The notes beneath the pieces are model-generated. The model was not told the origin of the DNA and ran no database searches. It saw only the letters and a list, made by a program, of their open reading frames with translations. Below, piece by piece: positions 1 through 14,768 of a stretch of DNA of 64,000 bases. This stretch comes from Octopus vulgaris (lineage: Eukaryota): positions 33,294,001-33,358,000 of the forward strand of contig OX597828.1 of the NCBI GenBank assembly GCA_951406725.2, in the 5' to 3' direction. The translations under genes and the position numbers were made by a program. Position 1 is the first letter of the stretch; each line of letters begins with the position of its first letter.

Positions 1-527
1 TTCGGCCGACAGGTGGACTCGTCCCACATGTGACAGCAGCCGTTCGGCATAAGCCCACAGGTCCGAAGTGGTTGTACACTGCACGAGGGCATGCAGAACT
101 GTTTCGTCGCTCTGACCGCATTTGGTCCGGTGTTTCGAACCGTGCCTATAGAGCTTATCCCGAACGGGTAATGCTTCTCGATAGCACTTCCAGGCCAGGA
201 ATCTTTGATGATTATCCATAGGACCCGGCCCCAAAACGTCGTCACAACATCCCTCCACTAATCCTCTATAGAACGCCTTTGTTGTAATGAAGTCCCGGAC
301 GGTAGAGCTGCTTGAGAGCAACGCGAGACTCGCGGTGCCATTCGCCTAGCCTCGGTCTCTGATTGATCCACGACTGCAGTTCGGTCAAGGAGACGAGCTG
401 CAGGAAAGCGCGCCGCACAAACGGCGATGACACTTGTTGACCGTCGTCTATGAACAGCCGGAGATATCGCAATCTCAGCGCATCATCAACCACGGTATGC
501 TTAGCCCTCCATTGAACAGGTGTTGAC
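1..527 (-). mobile_element. 5'-truncated L1/Tx1-like non-LTR retrotransposon, ORF2 C-terminal region (continues beyond window start)
   Basis: Manual minus-strand translation gives ...[22 protein letters not shown]... and GPMDNHQRFLAWKCYREALPVRDKLYRHG..KCGQSDETVLHALVQC..DLWAYAE. This is the C-terminal zinc-binding (zf-RVT type, C..ETxxHxxxxC) region of L1/Tx1 ORF2, degraded by deletions. The 5' junction abuts a (GATA)n array. Confidence 0.8.
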
Positions 528-791
<264 letters not shown>

Positions 792-1017
792 AAATATTTA
801 AAGCTTTCCTGCACGTACTTCATTGAACTTTCTGGCGCTGGTCAAATTTATCTTCCTTAGATTCCGCTCTGGTTACTTCAAATCATAACATTACTGTGCC
901 TTCCTCCACTATACTTTCACATTTCTTCTACCAACTACAAAGAACACCCACTAATATTAATCTCGTTTTTCCTCTTAACATTCTTTTACAATTAATCTCT
1001 CGTTTTATTCACCAAAC

Positions 1018-1058
1018 TTTTTTTTGACAATGGTCTATCGACCGAAACGTTGTATGCC
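1018..1058 (+). ncRNA. degenerate minimal hammerhead-ribozyme-like motif (U3-A8 core) in a probable Penelope-type terminal fragment
   Basis: TTGACAA-T-GGTC-tatc-GACC-GAA-ACGT-T: core, 4-bp stem II and palindromic stem III are present; stem I is poorly paired. Confidence 0.5.
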
Positions 1059-2318
1059 TCTTGTGTTTCCCTTACATTGCAATTATAATGACTTTGTATT
1101 CTTGCTCTTGTGGTTTAAAATGTTATTATAATTTCTTTTCTTTCCTCTTCGCTGGTCTTCTTCCTCCCTCTACATATGTGAATGAGTGTGCATGTGTGTG
1201 TGTGTAAAAATATACATACATATATATAATATATATATACACATATCTGTACATATTTATGTCTCTACACATATTTGCATGAACAATAATAATTTGTGTA
1301 AATATGGGAGAATACATTTACAGAGAGGTAGCTAGATAGATGGATATGATACAAATATATATATGTGTGTGTGTATGTTTGCGTTTGAATATTTGTCTAT
1401 ATATATGCGCGCATACGTTTTTATATGTACGCATGAATGTTTCAATGAACGTGTGTTTATCTTTCAGTGCAGAAATTCAATTTTAGCAATGCAGCGATAT
1501 TCTGTCTGTCTAAACTTATTTCATTTCATATCTCAGCGAACAGCTTTTATTAGTTCGGCAGTAGTTTTATTTAATTACGTTCCTGACATTGCACAAAAGG
1601 CTGTTTACCAGCGAAATATTGTGTTATACCTATGTACTATTTACTCTATCGATGAAAAATGCTCACACTATCTGGTCACAGACTAATAGAGCTCCAGAGA
1701 GGAGTACAGAGAGAGAGAGTGAAAGAGAAAACAAGGGAGATTTTGACATGTTGTTGTCTATTATACAAACTTGTACTAACAGTAGCTGCGTAGTGTTTTG
1801 TGTTGTTGCTTTGGTTTCTGTAACTAATAAACTACAACGTTTTTTTTGTCTCTCTTGCTATCAGCAATCACTCAGATTTGTCAGTTTTATTAGATCTTGC
1901 ATACCATTCAAATAGATTCATATTTTCCAGTGATTCTCTTTGACTTTTTTTCTTCCCTTATTTTTTATTATTTTTTTTTTTCAGAGATGGCAGTGAGAGA
2001 GTAAGCAGAAGGGGATAGTTTTGGCATTATCGCAATAAGTATGTAACCACACACACACAGTCTACACACACATTTAAACATATGCATACACACAGACACA
2101 CACACATATATATATACACACATATACACACAAACATATATATATACACACACATACATACACATATGTATAGATATGTGTGTGTATGCATGTATGTGTA
2201 TGTATATATATGTATATATATACTGTATATGTATATCTATATATACACACACAAATACACACATATATATATACATACATACAAACACACAAGCACACAT
2301 ATATATATGTACACACAT

Positions 2319-2349
<31 letters not shown>

Positions 2350-4159
2350 CACACATATATATACTGTATATGTACACACACATACATATATATATGTATA
2401 TATGCATGTTTGTATGTATATATGTATGCATGTATGTATGTATGTATGTATGTATGTATGTATGTATGCTTGTACTTTTTTTCTTTCTTTCTTTTTCTGT
2501 GTTCATATACATGTTAATATCTGCGTGTCCACTTCAAGCACATCCCCAACGAATTAGTACAAGAAGCTAATGCATTTCATCGCTTTAATAAATGGGATAG
2601 GCTATTTCAGTTGATCTCCTTACCACATTTGCCGCCATTTCTAAATATTTTTCAGTTAGTGTCTGAGCTGCTGAAATAATAGACTTATGTGAGTAAAACA
2701 AAATGATTGCATAAGATACATATATATATTGATTGGGTAGCTAAGTTCTGTATATCTTCAATATGGCTGTTCTTTAGCTGCAGGTCATTTCTCTTTTACT
2801 AAACCTATGAACAAAGACGTCACAGCCGGTGTGAATTTGTGGAAATACCTTGCAGTAATTAAGGCTGTAAAATGATGGAAGCATTCCCAGATGAAAGTAT
2901 CTCAAAACAGCTCCACTGTGCGATATATAAAGATCAAAAAAGTAATAACAGACTAAACTGCGGGGGTCAACATAAAAGAATAAAGAGCCTTCAAAGTGGT
3001 ACCCAGATTTTGCAGCCGTTCAACAATTCTAAATGAATGAGGTCTACTTCTATCTTCGTCCATTATTTATAAGACGATAGCGTATGGCGAAAGGGGATAC
3101 TTGGCGGCATGTTCACGCTGTTCAATTGAGCGCATACATATTCTCTTCAATGGTTAGTTTTCTCTATGTTCTCATAGTTTATTCTCTTTTAAAAGCATAT
3201 TTTTATGGCGCTGTTGTGTAGCCTTAATGCTTCATTTGAAAGATGACAAAGTGTGATTTTATAGACTTTACGACTGTTTCTAGACGGTCAAGTTCCCATT
3301 TGGCTCGTTTTCTAGCCATTATATATTTAGACCTTCATATATTTTTAAACCATCAATCTTTTATTTAGTACTTAACAATTATCACTTGTGAAAATGTACA
3401 TTTGAGGCACTACTAAAATCAGAAATGTGAAGCTATAAAACAGAATAAACAATTAGCTTTTGTATATTATACTCGCGTAATTGACTTTTAATTTCAGCCT
3501 CTTATTTTCAAAACTTTCAGTCTCTACAAGTGATTATTTTCGGCGAACTATTTCACTGAATCTATGTCAGAGAATATTACCTCCCTTCAGAGCTGAATAT
3601 GGTGCCAGTGGATAAAAGGTAAGTCGCAAGAGAGACCTTAAAATCCATTCCAACAAAATAACACATGACTGTTTGAATTCTTCATTAGCACACAAATATA
3701 TGTATATATGTATGTATGTATGTATGTATGCATGTATGTATGTATGCATGTATATATGTATGCATATATGTATATACACTCACACATACATGTGCAGAAA
3801 GATGTATACATATGTACTTGCATGGATACATACATACAAATAAATAGGAAGACGAACTCATCATACCAGAAGATTGGTGTTATACATGAGTACATATTCG
3901 GTTAATTAGAGAGTACCAACTATGCTAGCATGAGTAGCAACATCACCGGGACTTATGACAGATACACCACATCTCATTTAGAAGATTGCATATATCAACA
4001 AATAAAGCTTAGTGGAGGAACATTGCAATAAAATTGTCAACCCAATGAAAACAGAATAGGCTTGGTAGTTTTCGATTAAAGAGAAAAAATTATTGACTTT
4101 TGTGATTTGACTATTTCGCAAAAAACTAAATAAATAAAAATAGAGAAATGGCGAACATC

Positions 4160-4300
4160 TGCTTACTTTACTTGAACATTTCGCACCCTTAGGAGCATTG
4201 ATAATCGATGACTTTTCTCCATTGTTCTCGACTCTTGGCTGTCTTCTATGCTTCTCTTAAATTGGCACATTTCTTCTATACAGATTTTGCTGCAACACCT
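4160..4300 (-). mobile_element. old RTE-like LINE 3' end remnant
   Basis: Minus strand reads KTAKSREQWRKVI, resembling the RTE ORF C-terminal 'A.dR..WR' motif, followed by a short (AAGT)-type tail. Confidence 0.4.
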
Positions 4301-5243
4301 TACCTGTTTCCCTAAGAGCTTCCTCTACCATGTATTGTAGATTTTCAATTATCATTGACACCTTTATAACGTTGAAATTTCAACCGGGTTTAGGTGTTTG
4401 GTCCGATGCAAACCAATGTTTACGTCTAGGAAGAGTTTGTCCAATTTTAGTATGGGCTTCATCCTTTCACCTGTCAAAATGGAAGACTGGATTTTGTAAT
4501 GGAAAAGGTAACATCTATAGGGAACTAATGAAAAACAGCTCTTTATATCTTATGGCAATATTTACAAATTTTCGTTTGTAAATATTGCAATATTGCACGG
4601 GGCTATGACGCAAGGGGTTTGCATAACGGCATAAAAATCTCCGATTTTTCCTGAAAGATCAAACGAAACTGATTAACATTCTCCAAATACAATCCATTGG
4701 TAGCATATGACAACATGCACAGAATCACGTGAACGTACAGAATTTACATGTAAACAGTAAACACTTAAATAAAAAAAAAACAAAGGATCATCGCAGTCAT
4801 AAGTGAGTACAAGTTTACACGATTACATATATATGCACATATTAAATAATACATATATTCATAATCGCTAAAAATAGTTCTGACTGAAGCAAAACACATT
4901 TGTTACATTGACAGTGAACGGCTTGGATTCTACGAAGGAATAAATCCCAAAGAAATAATAAATACATACACATGCTCATACGTACACGTACACATACAGG
5001 CACACACACAAACACACCCATAAACACACATACACACATACATACACACACATGCAAACATACATACACACACACATACACCCATTCATACGCACACACA
5101 TACACCCATTCATACATGCATACACACATACAAACATACGCACACACATACACACATACATACAAACACACATACATACATACACATACATAAACGCACA
5201 TACATACATACATATAAACATACATACATACATAATGCATACA

Positions 5244-5275
<32 letters not shown>

Positions 5276-5276
5276 A

Positions 5277-5661
5277 TCTTTACTCTTTTACTTGTTTCAG
5301 TCATTTGACTGCGGCCATGCTGGAGCACCGCCTTTTAGTCGAGCAAATCGACCCCGGGACTTATTCTTTGTAAGCCCAGTACTTATTCTATCGGTCTCTT
5401 TTGCCGAACCGCTAAGTGACGGGGACGTAAACACACCAGCATCAGTTGTCAAGCAATGCTAGGGGGACAAACACAGACACACAAACATATACACACACAC
5501 TTATATATATATACATATATACGACAGGCTTCTTTCAGTTTCCGTCTACCAAATCCACTCACAAGGCATTGGTCGGCCCGGGGCTATAGCAGAAGACACT
5601 TACCCAAGATGCCACGCAGTAGGACTGAACCCGGAACCATGTGGTTGGTTAGCAAGCTACT
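5277..5661 (-). mobile_element. tRNA-derived SINE, family B (head clipped by neighbouring element)
   Basis: Near-identical to copies at 22988-23395 and 53917-54326. Minus strand has B-box GGGTTCAGTCC and an (AAAGAGTA)-type tail. Confidence 0.9.
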
Positions 5662-5819
5662 TTATTTCAAAACATTTGCCATAAAGGCAGTACACGGAGT
5701 AAGTTAGCTTTGCGGGCTGGACGAGGACATTAATGAAATGAATGATAATGAAAGAAAGATGATGGGGATGGGAGAAGGCAAAAAGCGCCCACCGACTTTC
5801 GCTTCTCTAAAACATTGTT

Positions 5820-6001
5820 CTTTTTAAAGATAAACTCAAAACGAGGTATTAAACCTCTTACAATTTTTTCAATTTTTGGACTTAGCAGTCCATTACTAAT
5901 AATAACAGTTCTTTTTAAAGATAAACACAAAGCGAGGTATTAAACCTCTTACAATTTTTTCAATTTTTGGACTTAGCAGTCCATTCCTAATAATAACAGT
6001 T
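5820..6001. repeat. two-copy ~91-bp tandem duplication immediately downstream of the ORF1 stop
   Basis: 'ctttttaaagataaac..cgaggtattaaacctcttacaattttt..caatttttggacttagcagtccatt.ctaataataacagtt' occurs twice head-to-tail. Confidence 0.9.
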
Positions 6002-6007
6002 CAATAA

Positions 6008-7249
6008 TTACATATCGTCCTCGAAATAACTTGTGCCCGCGTCCTCCACCATCCACCACGCCTCCCTCAGAACGTAATCAAGTTCCGAGTTAGCGTCGGC
6101 CGGGACCAAGTTATAATCTTCATTGAGCTCCTTCAGCCCAAGTGTCACGTCGAACGCCACGGCCTCCACAGCTATCTGCGGAGGCCATTCGGGGTCCTGT
6201 GTGAAGGCTAAAGGTGCTCCCTTGTGGTGCTCTTCCATCACCTTCTCAAGTTCTCCGCCTCTATAGAAGAGGACCAATACGTTCAATTCTTTCGTTGGCG
6301 GCACAGTTCCCGCCAACGGTATTCCTTCTCTTGTCGGTGGCACAACCACAACCGACGTAGTTCCGGGACATTCCGGTGCTATGTCACCGACAGCCGGTAA
6401 TGTCCTGTTTTTCTTCCTCTTTTTCTTTTTTTTCCCTTTTCAACTGAGGGAGGGTGCGTCTCCTCCGTGGCTGGAAGATTCGCGTTTCTCTCCTCATCCC
6501 TATTATCCTTTGGTGAGCACCCATTGTTGCTCACCTTCCTCTTTCGGCCTCTGTTTGAGGAGTCCTCTGATTTCTCGGACGTTATCATTCCCTCTTCTAG
6601 AGGAGTTTTACTTAACTGTTCCGGGATCCTATTTTGTTCCCGGGGACAGTTCTTCTTTATGTGGCCGGACTCCAAGCACCGATGACACTTAGGGGGGCGA
6701 CCCTCAAGTATCACCGGGTACCTGCACCCGGCCATTTTCAAAAAATCTGGAAGAACCAGATTGGCTGATTGGGTCCACAGGGTCAAAATTGCTTTTGACC
6801 CAACCCAAGCAGCCGCAGGAAGAACTTTTACATTGAGGAGCTTAGTTTCGCTGCCACCCAGACCCCGGCGGATAGTCTCCTCTATCCACTCGGGTTCTAT
6901 CCCGGGTGGCAGCCCGCAAATCCAAGCTTTCATCAATTTCTTTTTTTTTGTACGTGGGCAGGAATAAAATTTCCTTACCCTCCAGGGGTTTGCTAGCAAA
7001 TTTGCAAATCTCTTCAGGGGTGTCAAATAGCAACCACACCGTTGCATATTTGACACCCCTGGAAATGAATTTAATTGTTGGCAAATACTCTTCCAACTCC
7101 TTTTCAATTGCCGTCTTTTCGAATAGGGCGATGGTGTCGAGTGCCTTGGAGTAGGTTCTCAACACCACCGTCCTATCTTCACGGTCTTTTAACCACATTT
7201 TAGGCGGTATGATCTCCCATTCCAAAAGTTTGTTATTTTTCATTGCCAT
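6008..7249 (-). pseudogene. non-LTR retrotransposon ORF1 (Gag-like nucleic-acid-binding protein with CCHC zinc knuckle), two frameshifts
   Basis: ORFs 6842-7249, 6379-7107 and 6008-6349 join through poly-A runs near 6941-6949 and 6420-6440. Contains VILEGRPPKCHRCLESGHIKKNCP (CX2CX4HX4C), an RRM-like stretch upstream and basic NLS-like tracts. Confidence 0.8.
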
Positions 7250-7358
7250 GTTTTTTTTGTTTTTTTGGGGGTTTTTTTTGGTTTTTTGCTTTTTTTAAAT
7301 GTATTCAGAATAAAACGAGAAGAAAAGGAAATCAGAAGAAAGTCACAGTGAAAAAAGG

Positions 7359-7435
7359 AGAAAGTCAAATAAAGTTAAAAAGAAAGTCAAATAAAGTTAA
7401 AAAGAAAGTCAAATAAAGTTGAAAAGAAAGTCAAT
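7359..7435. repeat. 22-bp tandem repeat (~3.5 copies) in the element leader
   Basis: Repeated aaagtcaaataaagttaaaaag. Confidence 0.9.
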
Positions 7436-8243
7436 AACACAGCAAAAACCTTCTGGCCATTCGGTACTCCCGGCCTAAATTGAACTAGGAACGCCGCAAC
7501 TGGAACACAACTTCCACAAAATTTGGTGTAAAATTGGTAAAAATTGTTCAAACTTCGGAGGCAAAATACTCTCCTATATAGCAGTTTTCACAATTCATAA
7601 AAGTTCTTCACAGCACAATACAATTCTCACAATTAGGTGAGAAAAATATTCACTCAATTTATCGGAGACGGATACGCCCCCCCAAAAATTTTCTCAATTC
7701 AACGAGAAAAATATATTTGCCCCATGTCGGCAGAATCAGAATTCTGAATCCAGTAGGACTTCCTGCCTGTAAAAAACAATTTTCAACAAAAACTCCCACT
7801 GGACCAAGAAAACAGAATCTTACGTTACAATGGGGCTTCCAAAATTTTCGTGTTTATGTTTCATCTTTTGCGCTATCATGACTCATTTCCTTTACATTTT
7901 TCTCACACATATATACAACTGGTACTCCGATTTTCCAGGGACCCTGATCTTCACTCCATTGTTTACTTATTATTTGGTCTTGAGATCAAGATCCACGCAC
8001 GTTCCTCAACCATCGCCATCTCTTGTTCATAATTTCTTCATATATATATATATATATATATGTTATTCCACTACTGCAGGAATCACATCCTTTCACAAAA
8101 TCAAACCGTTTGACATTCTTGCATATAGTAACAATTTGACTCTTGATCTATAATTCATATTTTGTCCCAGAATTCAAATACGACATCCTAAATAATATTG
8201 ATATGAGTACCATAATATTCTTTCAATATAGCATATGTGATTA

Positions 8244-8660
8244 AGGTGGAGAGCTGGCAGAAACGTTAGCACGCCGGGCGAAGTGCTTAGCGGTATTTTG
8301 TCTGCCGCTACGTTCTGAGTTCAAATTCCGCCGATGTCGACTTTGCCTTCCATCCATTCGGGGTCGATTAAATAAGTACCAGTTACGCACTGAGGTCGAT
8401 ATAATCGACTTGATCCGTGTGTCTGTCCTTGTTTGTCTTCTCTGTGTTTAGCTCCTTGTGGGTAGTAAAGAAATAGGTATTTCATCGGTCTTTACGTTCA
8501 AGTTCAAATTCCTCCGAGGTCGACTTTGCCTTTCATCCATTCGGAGTCGATTAAATAAGTACCTGTTATGTACTGGTGTCGATGTAATCGACTTAATTCC
8601 TTTCTCTGTCCTTGTTTGTCCCCTCTATGCTTAGCCCCTTGTGGGCATTAAAGAGATAAG
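8244..8660 (+). mobile_element. tRNA-derived SINE, family A, with internally duplicated body and TSD
   Basis: Head ggtggagagctggcagaaacgttag..gagttcaaattcc (A/B boxes). Core gcctttcatcc..gtcgattaaataagtacc (resembles the MetaSINE central domain) occurs twice. Flanked by tatagcatatgtga / tatagcacatgtga. Confidence 0.88.
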
Positions 8661-9312
8661 TATAGCACATGTGACATAGATTATGATATTTACGCCCCAC
8701 CCACCGGTGGATCGTTTCGTACCTTCTGTTTTCGGTAATTAAGCTTTCTCTTAACTCAATCTTTTATTTTGCCTTACTACGTGGTAAAACTCAGTATGAC
8801 ATAAATGTGAAAATTTATAAAATATAGAAAAGGAATCTTCTTTAAGTTTACCATAATCACGTACATAAACAACCATAGTGTAACAGCTCCTGAAGGTCTT
8901 ATAGAAATGAAATAATGGGACGGTCTTTCAGTAAGTTGCGTAAGAGCTAATGTGTGAAAAGTTTTCTTACAACCGCTGTGTACAATTTAAGTTTTACAGA
9001 AATCACAAATTTATGTTGCATTTATATATTTCAGAGAGCTGTCATTGCTTTATGCATATCCCCAATATTTTCCTTTAATGCAATTTTGAAAACCCCAAAA
9101 TGCGTCAATTTGTATAATTTTATTTAAACTTGTAACTCCAATTATTTCCTTAAGCTTGTGTATCTTTCTTTGTGGCTTTCATATTTCGTTACTAAGGAAA
9201 TCAGTTTAACGAACATATGTACTTTTCAGGCAATACTCTGCGGGAGAAAAATTGTGACTCGATATAATTTGGTTGAAATTGTAATAAAATACGAGGACAA
9301 TCAACCTGACTG

Positions 9313-9615
<303 letters not shown>

Positions 9616-9625
9616 TAAAGAAAAA

Positions 9626-9646
9626 AATAATAATAATAACAATATC

Positions 9647-9726
<80 letters not shown>
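9626..9726. repeat. (TAA)n microsatellite
   Basis: Directly visible. Confidence 0.97.
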
Positions 9727-9728
<2 letters not shown>

Positions 9729-10413
9729 GATAAAACCATTTAAAATGTTATCAGTGGCCAGCATATAATATAGACCTATTAAATTAAATTCATTTAGAGA
9801 GATTTATAATAGTGTAAAACACAACCATGTTTAAGGACAGAAGAGATTATGCTTATGCTGAAAGTAGACGCTAAATCGTCAAACCTCTCTTTATTCCTCT
9901 AAATCACTCCTTTTATTCCTAAAGTTCTTTTTGTCTGCATCTTATGTGTCCAGTGAGCAAAAGAAATCTTGAAAAATTAAGGTTTCTCTGAATCCAAAAT
10001 TTACTTTCATGCTATTCCCATGAAAACCTTAGGGATCACTTAAGGTTTAATATGATAGCAGACTTTATTGCCATATCATGTTTCACAATCACTGCCATCT
10101 TCTAACGAAGCGCAAACGTAAACCCCCTCCTAAATTTAATTTAGAATGAGGCCGCCAAGCACTGGACTCTTCAGTTCGCTTTAAAGACCCACAGTGGTAA
10201 TATATGTATACAAATGCGTAGGCAACGTATATCCTGGATGCACTTCGAACGCAAGTGAACCAACAGGTTGCAATTAGATGCCACATTTTAGGATACCTAT
10301 GAAGTAGAAAAACGAGTCGGACAGTGATTTAATGTGAATGCATTGTATATAATACTGTAATAAACAAGCTTTTGAAGATGTATAATTCTCCATTCCTATA
10401 TTTAATATCTTGC

Positions 10414-10474
<61 letters not shown>

Positions 10475-11380
10475 GCTATATTGTTATATTTGGGGATGGT
10501 CTTTTTTTTTTTTTGCCAAATGACCATCCCGAAATATAATAATATCTGCTTCATCACACGATTTAACATCAGGAATCTTCGAAAACACACACATACACAC
10601 ACACATGTGTGTGTTTATGTGCTTGTATGTGTGTGTGTGTATGTATGATAAATGAAAAATATATGGTAAATAAACAAAAAACGATATATATATATATTTA
10701 TATATAATACATGTTTGCGTGTGTGCATATATATATATGTGCGTGTGTGTGTGTGTGTGTGTGTGTAGGTATGTAAGGACGTACATATACATATATACAT
10801 AAATAGGCTCATGTATTGCGCATGTTCATGCGCAAACATGTATGTCTGTGTTTGGGATGAATATTTGTTTCTTTATGTGTGTGTGTGTGTGTGTTTGTGT
10901 GTGTGTGTGCTAATTACATTCTGCTTCCAGAATTCTGTACTTAGTCACGTTATTCGCATCGTTGCATATTTTGCTGTATTTTTCCTTTTATTTTTCAATT
11001 TTTTTTTTTCTTTAAAGTTTCCATTTTTGAAGAAGCGTCCTCGCTTCCGCTATATTTCAGATGCCATTTCTATTTTTTCTCCTATTTTTATTTCAGAATT
11101 TTGGCAAACCGTTATACAGTGATCTCACGCAGCGATCTGCTTTTGGACTTGCATCAATTCTACAACCTGCGTGGTGTTTTTTTTTTTTGTTTTTTGTTGT
11201 TGCTTTTTTTTTTCTCTTTTTGGCAGTAAAATAGCAAAATTCTTTGATTTTTGTTATTGCGATGAATGTCAACAGATTCACCATTATGCTGATAAGGCAC
11301 TCGAAAATACCATAATTAATTTGTTTTAAGAAATTTCAAAGTTTAAGAAATTTGACATTTTGTAGAAACGTTTGCACAAA

Positions 11381-11453
<73 letters not shown>

Positions 11454-11456
11454 CTA

Positions 11457-11493
<37 letters not shown>

Positions 11494-11574
11494 AAGCTCA
11501 GAGACTCGCACGCACACTCATAGACACAAAACACACACACACACACAAATCTATCTTTCATCTTCAATTTCTTA

Positions 11575-11763
11575 TCTTTTACTTGCTTCCGTTATTAGAC
11601 TGCAGCCATGCTGGAGCAACACTAGAAGAATTTTAGTTGAACGGACCGAACCCTGTGTTTGTCTTTCGTTAAGGCTGGTTCTTATTGTATTGGCCTCTTT
11701 AGGAAGACCACGAAGTTATGGGGACACACACACACACACACACACATACACACAGATACACAC

Positions 11764-11823
<60 letters not shown>

Positions 11824-12091
11824 AATATATATATATGGAAGCTCAGAGACTCCACAAATCTATCTTTCATCTTCAATGTCTTCTGCTATAGCCCCGGGCC
11901 GACCAATGCCTTGTGAGTGGATTTGGTAGACGGAAACTGAAAGAAGCCTGTCGTATATATGTATATATATATGTGTGTGTGTATATTTGACAACCGATGC
12001 TGGTGTGTTTACGTCCCCGTCACTTAGCGGTTCGGCAACAGACACACACATACACACACATACATACACACACACACATGCATTAATATAC

Positions 12092-12158
<67 letters not shown>

Positions 12159-12300
12159 TATGCGACGGGCTTCTGTCCACCAAATCCACTCAGAGGGCTT
12201 TGGTCGGTCCAAGGCTATAGTGGAAGACACTTGCCGAAGGTGCCACGTAGTGGGAGTGAACCGGGAATCATATTGCTGAGAATGAAACTTACTACCACGC
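11575..12300. mobile_element. rearranged cluster of SINE family B pieces in both orientations
   Basis: Tail piece (-) 11575-11730, middle piece (+) 11880-12040 and head piece (-) 12163-12298 all match family B. Confidence 0.8.
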
Positions 12301-12407
12301 AAAAAATCCTGCGTGTCGTTTATATCATGTTATTGTTGATGTAATTTTTAATTCTCCAGGTTTTGCAACAGTAATACTCTATATTCCATTATAAAAGTCT
12401 ATCTTTA

Positions 12408-12622
12408 AGGCGGCGAGCTGACAGAATCGTTAGCAGGCCGGGCGAAATGCTTACCGATATTTCGTCTGTCTTAACGCTCTGAGTTCAAATTCGGCCATGG
12501 TTGACTTTGCCTTTCATCATATCGGGGTCTGGAAATTAAGTACCTGTTGCGTACTAGGGTCGATCTAATTGACTGGGCCCCTCCTCCAAATTTTGAGGCC
12601 TTGTGTCTATAGTAGAAAGAAT
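12408..12622 (+). mobile_element. SINE family A
   Basis: ggcggcgagctgacagaatcgttagc..gagttcaaattc..gcctttcatc..aagtacc. Confidence 0.85.
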
Positions 12623-14521
12623 TATAATAATCTATCATGATGTGGTTCACCTATAATACAAATTTATGTAATTTGACATAGTAGGATTCTAACCATCTCC
12701 ATATAGCCGCTGTTTTCACTTATAATTTTATTTCAGTCAAGTAATCCTGCGTTAAGGTTATTATAAATGCAAAGGTTTTAAATCGTCGTGTTTTTGGTAA
12801 CTCGTTTTTGACAAATGAATAATAAAAAGTAATTTGAAGTTTCTATGGATTATGTCATTACTGGATAAATTACCGAAAATATTTATTGGTCTTTACAGTT
12901 TAGACCTATTTCTTAGAATATTTCTGTCTTTGCAGTGCTGTTTATACGAATATTGTGGATTAGACTTTGTAATCTAAACGACAATGTATTTAGTAGTGTT
13001 TTTTATGAAACAATTACGATATTCTAGGCATTATTTACATTCTGGACGATACTTTAATAATTTTTTGTCTGAGTTCTTGGACTCATAAGGACGGTTTCTT
13101 TGTTTCCATACAGTATAAGGGACCATATTATACAGCGAGATGCTGTTCCACTTCAAAGTTTAAGGCCGGAAAATTTGGGGAGATGGGAAAAGTCGATTAT
13201 ATTGACCTCAGTATTTGACTGGTACATTATATTATCACCCACGAATGGGTGAAAGCCAAAGTTGACTTCGGCAGTATTTGAATTCAGAAACTAAAAGTCT
13301 TTAAGAAATACAGCTAAGAATTTGTTCCTGTGTACTCACGGTTCTACCAGCTCACCATCTTCAAATTCAGACAATAACATGCTTGCGCTTTATTATAGCT
13401 TGGGTTTATATTTTAATTGCAAATTTGCATCACTGAAACATATTTTTTATAGCTTTAAACTAGAAGCTTCGTGAAAAACTGAATAAGTATTAACAGTATA
13501 TCAAAAAGAATTTTCTCCTTTCACCCAAAAATGCAAAGCGTTCAGAAAACCTTCTCAGTAAAAGAAACAAATGTTTAGTATGTTTCCTGACAAGATCTCA
13601 TTTATGGCAGCTACATAAAAATAATGGTTTCTGTATAAGGAATAATACCTGTGTTTATCTGAGTATAAACTATGAAACGGAGAAATGTGCTACTATAATC
13701 CTACATTAGTTTAAACGTCCTTTCTCCGTAACTAGAGTCTTTTGTCGCTAAATTTAACGCCAGTTATATTTGCCATAGAGATTTCCTTTGTAAATGTTAT
13801 TGCAATATTCATTTGGATACGATGCTATAAAGTATCTCTCACTGACAATTTCACCTTATTTTATCCAGTATCATGTCGACTAAGAAATGTTCTAACAATC
13901 ACTACCTAACATTAAGACACCTCCAAAATTTCCGTAAGAAAGCATTATGTAGCCCTAATCAATTATATTTAAATATAAAACCTAAAGAGCCTCTTCGTTC
14001 ACCATCATACAGCTGTCGGTGCTAGTTCACGCTTTTTCGTACACTTCTCTTTATCTGGACTGTGACCATGTCAAGGGACCGCGTTGAAGGTTTTAACGGA
14101 AGTAATTGACCCCAATCTAGTACTTATTCTATCAGTTACATTTGCTGAACAGCGGAATTTACTGGGACGTAAACAAACCAATACCGGTCGTCAAACGATA
14201 GAAGTGGCAAACACACACACACACACACATATATATATTACTAGCGCTCCGTCGCTTACGACGACGAGGGTTCTAGTTGACACAAAGCCACACTTTAGCT
14301 TGAAACATCGACGTCGGGAAGTTCTGATAGATGGCGACACTGTAGAAATAGGGTATCTTCACACCTTTTTACCATAAGAGAAATATTTTCTCTACGGTAA
14401 CCGCAGTGGATTTGCCTTTTTAGCAGTTGAAATATTTCACAATTCTATTTCTGCTAACCGAATTAGACAGACCAATATGTAAAGTGTATTAAATACAAGA
14501 AATGTGGTTGAGAAGCAAGCT

Positions 14522-14630
<109 letters not shown>

Positions 14631-14737
14631 GGACGGACGGACGGACAGACGGACAGATATATAGACAAACATATAGATAGACAAACATATAGATAGACAA
14701 ACATATAGATAGATAGATACATACATACATACATACA

Positions 14738-14768
<31 letters not shown>

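Larger units (their letters stand above)
5662..8040 (-). mobile_element. L1/Tx1-like element carrying ORF1 only (no ORF2); 5' boundary approximate
   Basis: About 790 bp of leader, then a frameshifted ORF1 (7249-6008), then about 350 bp of 3' region ending in AATAAA at ~5661-5666. Confidence 0.65.
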
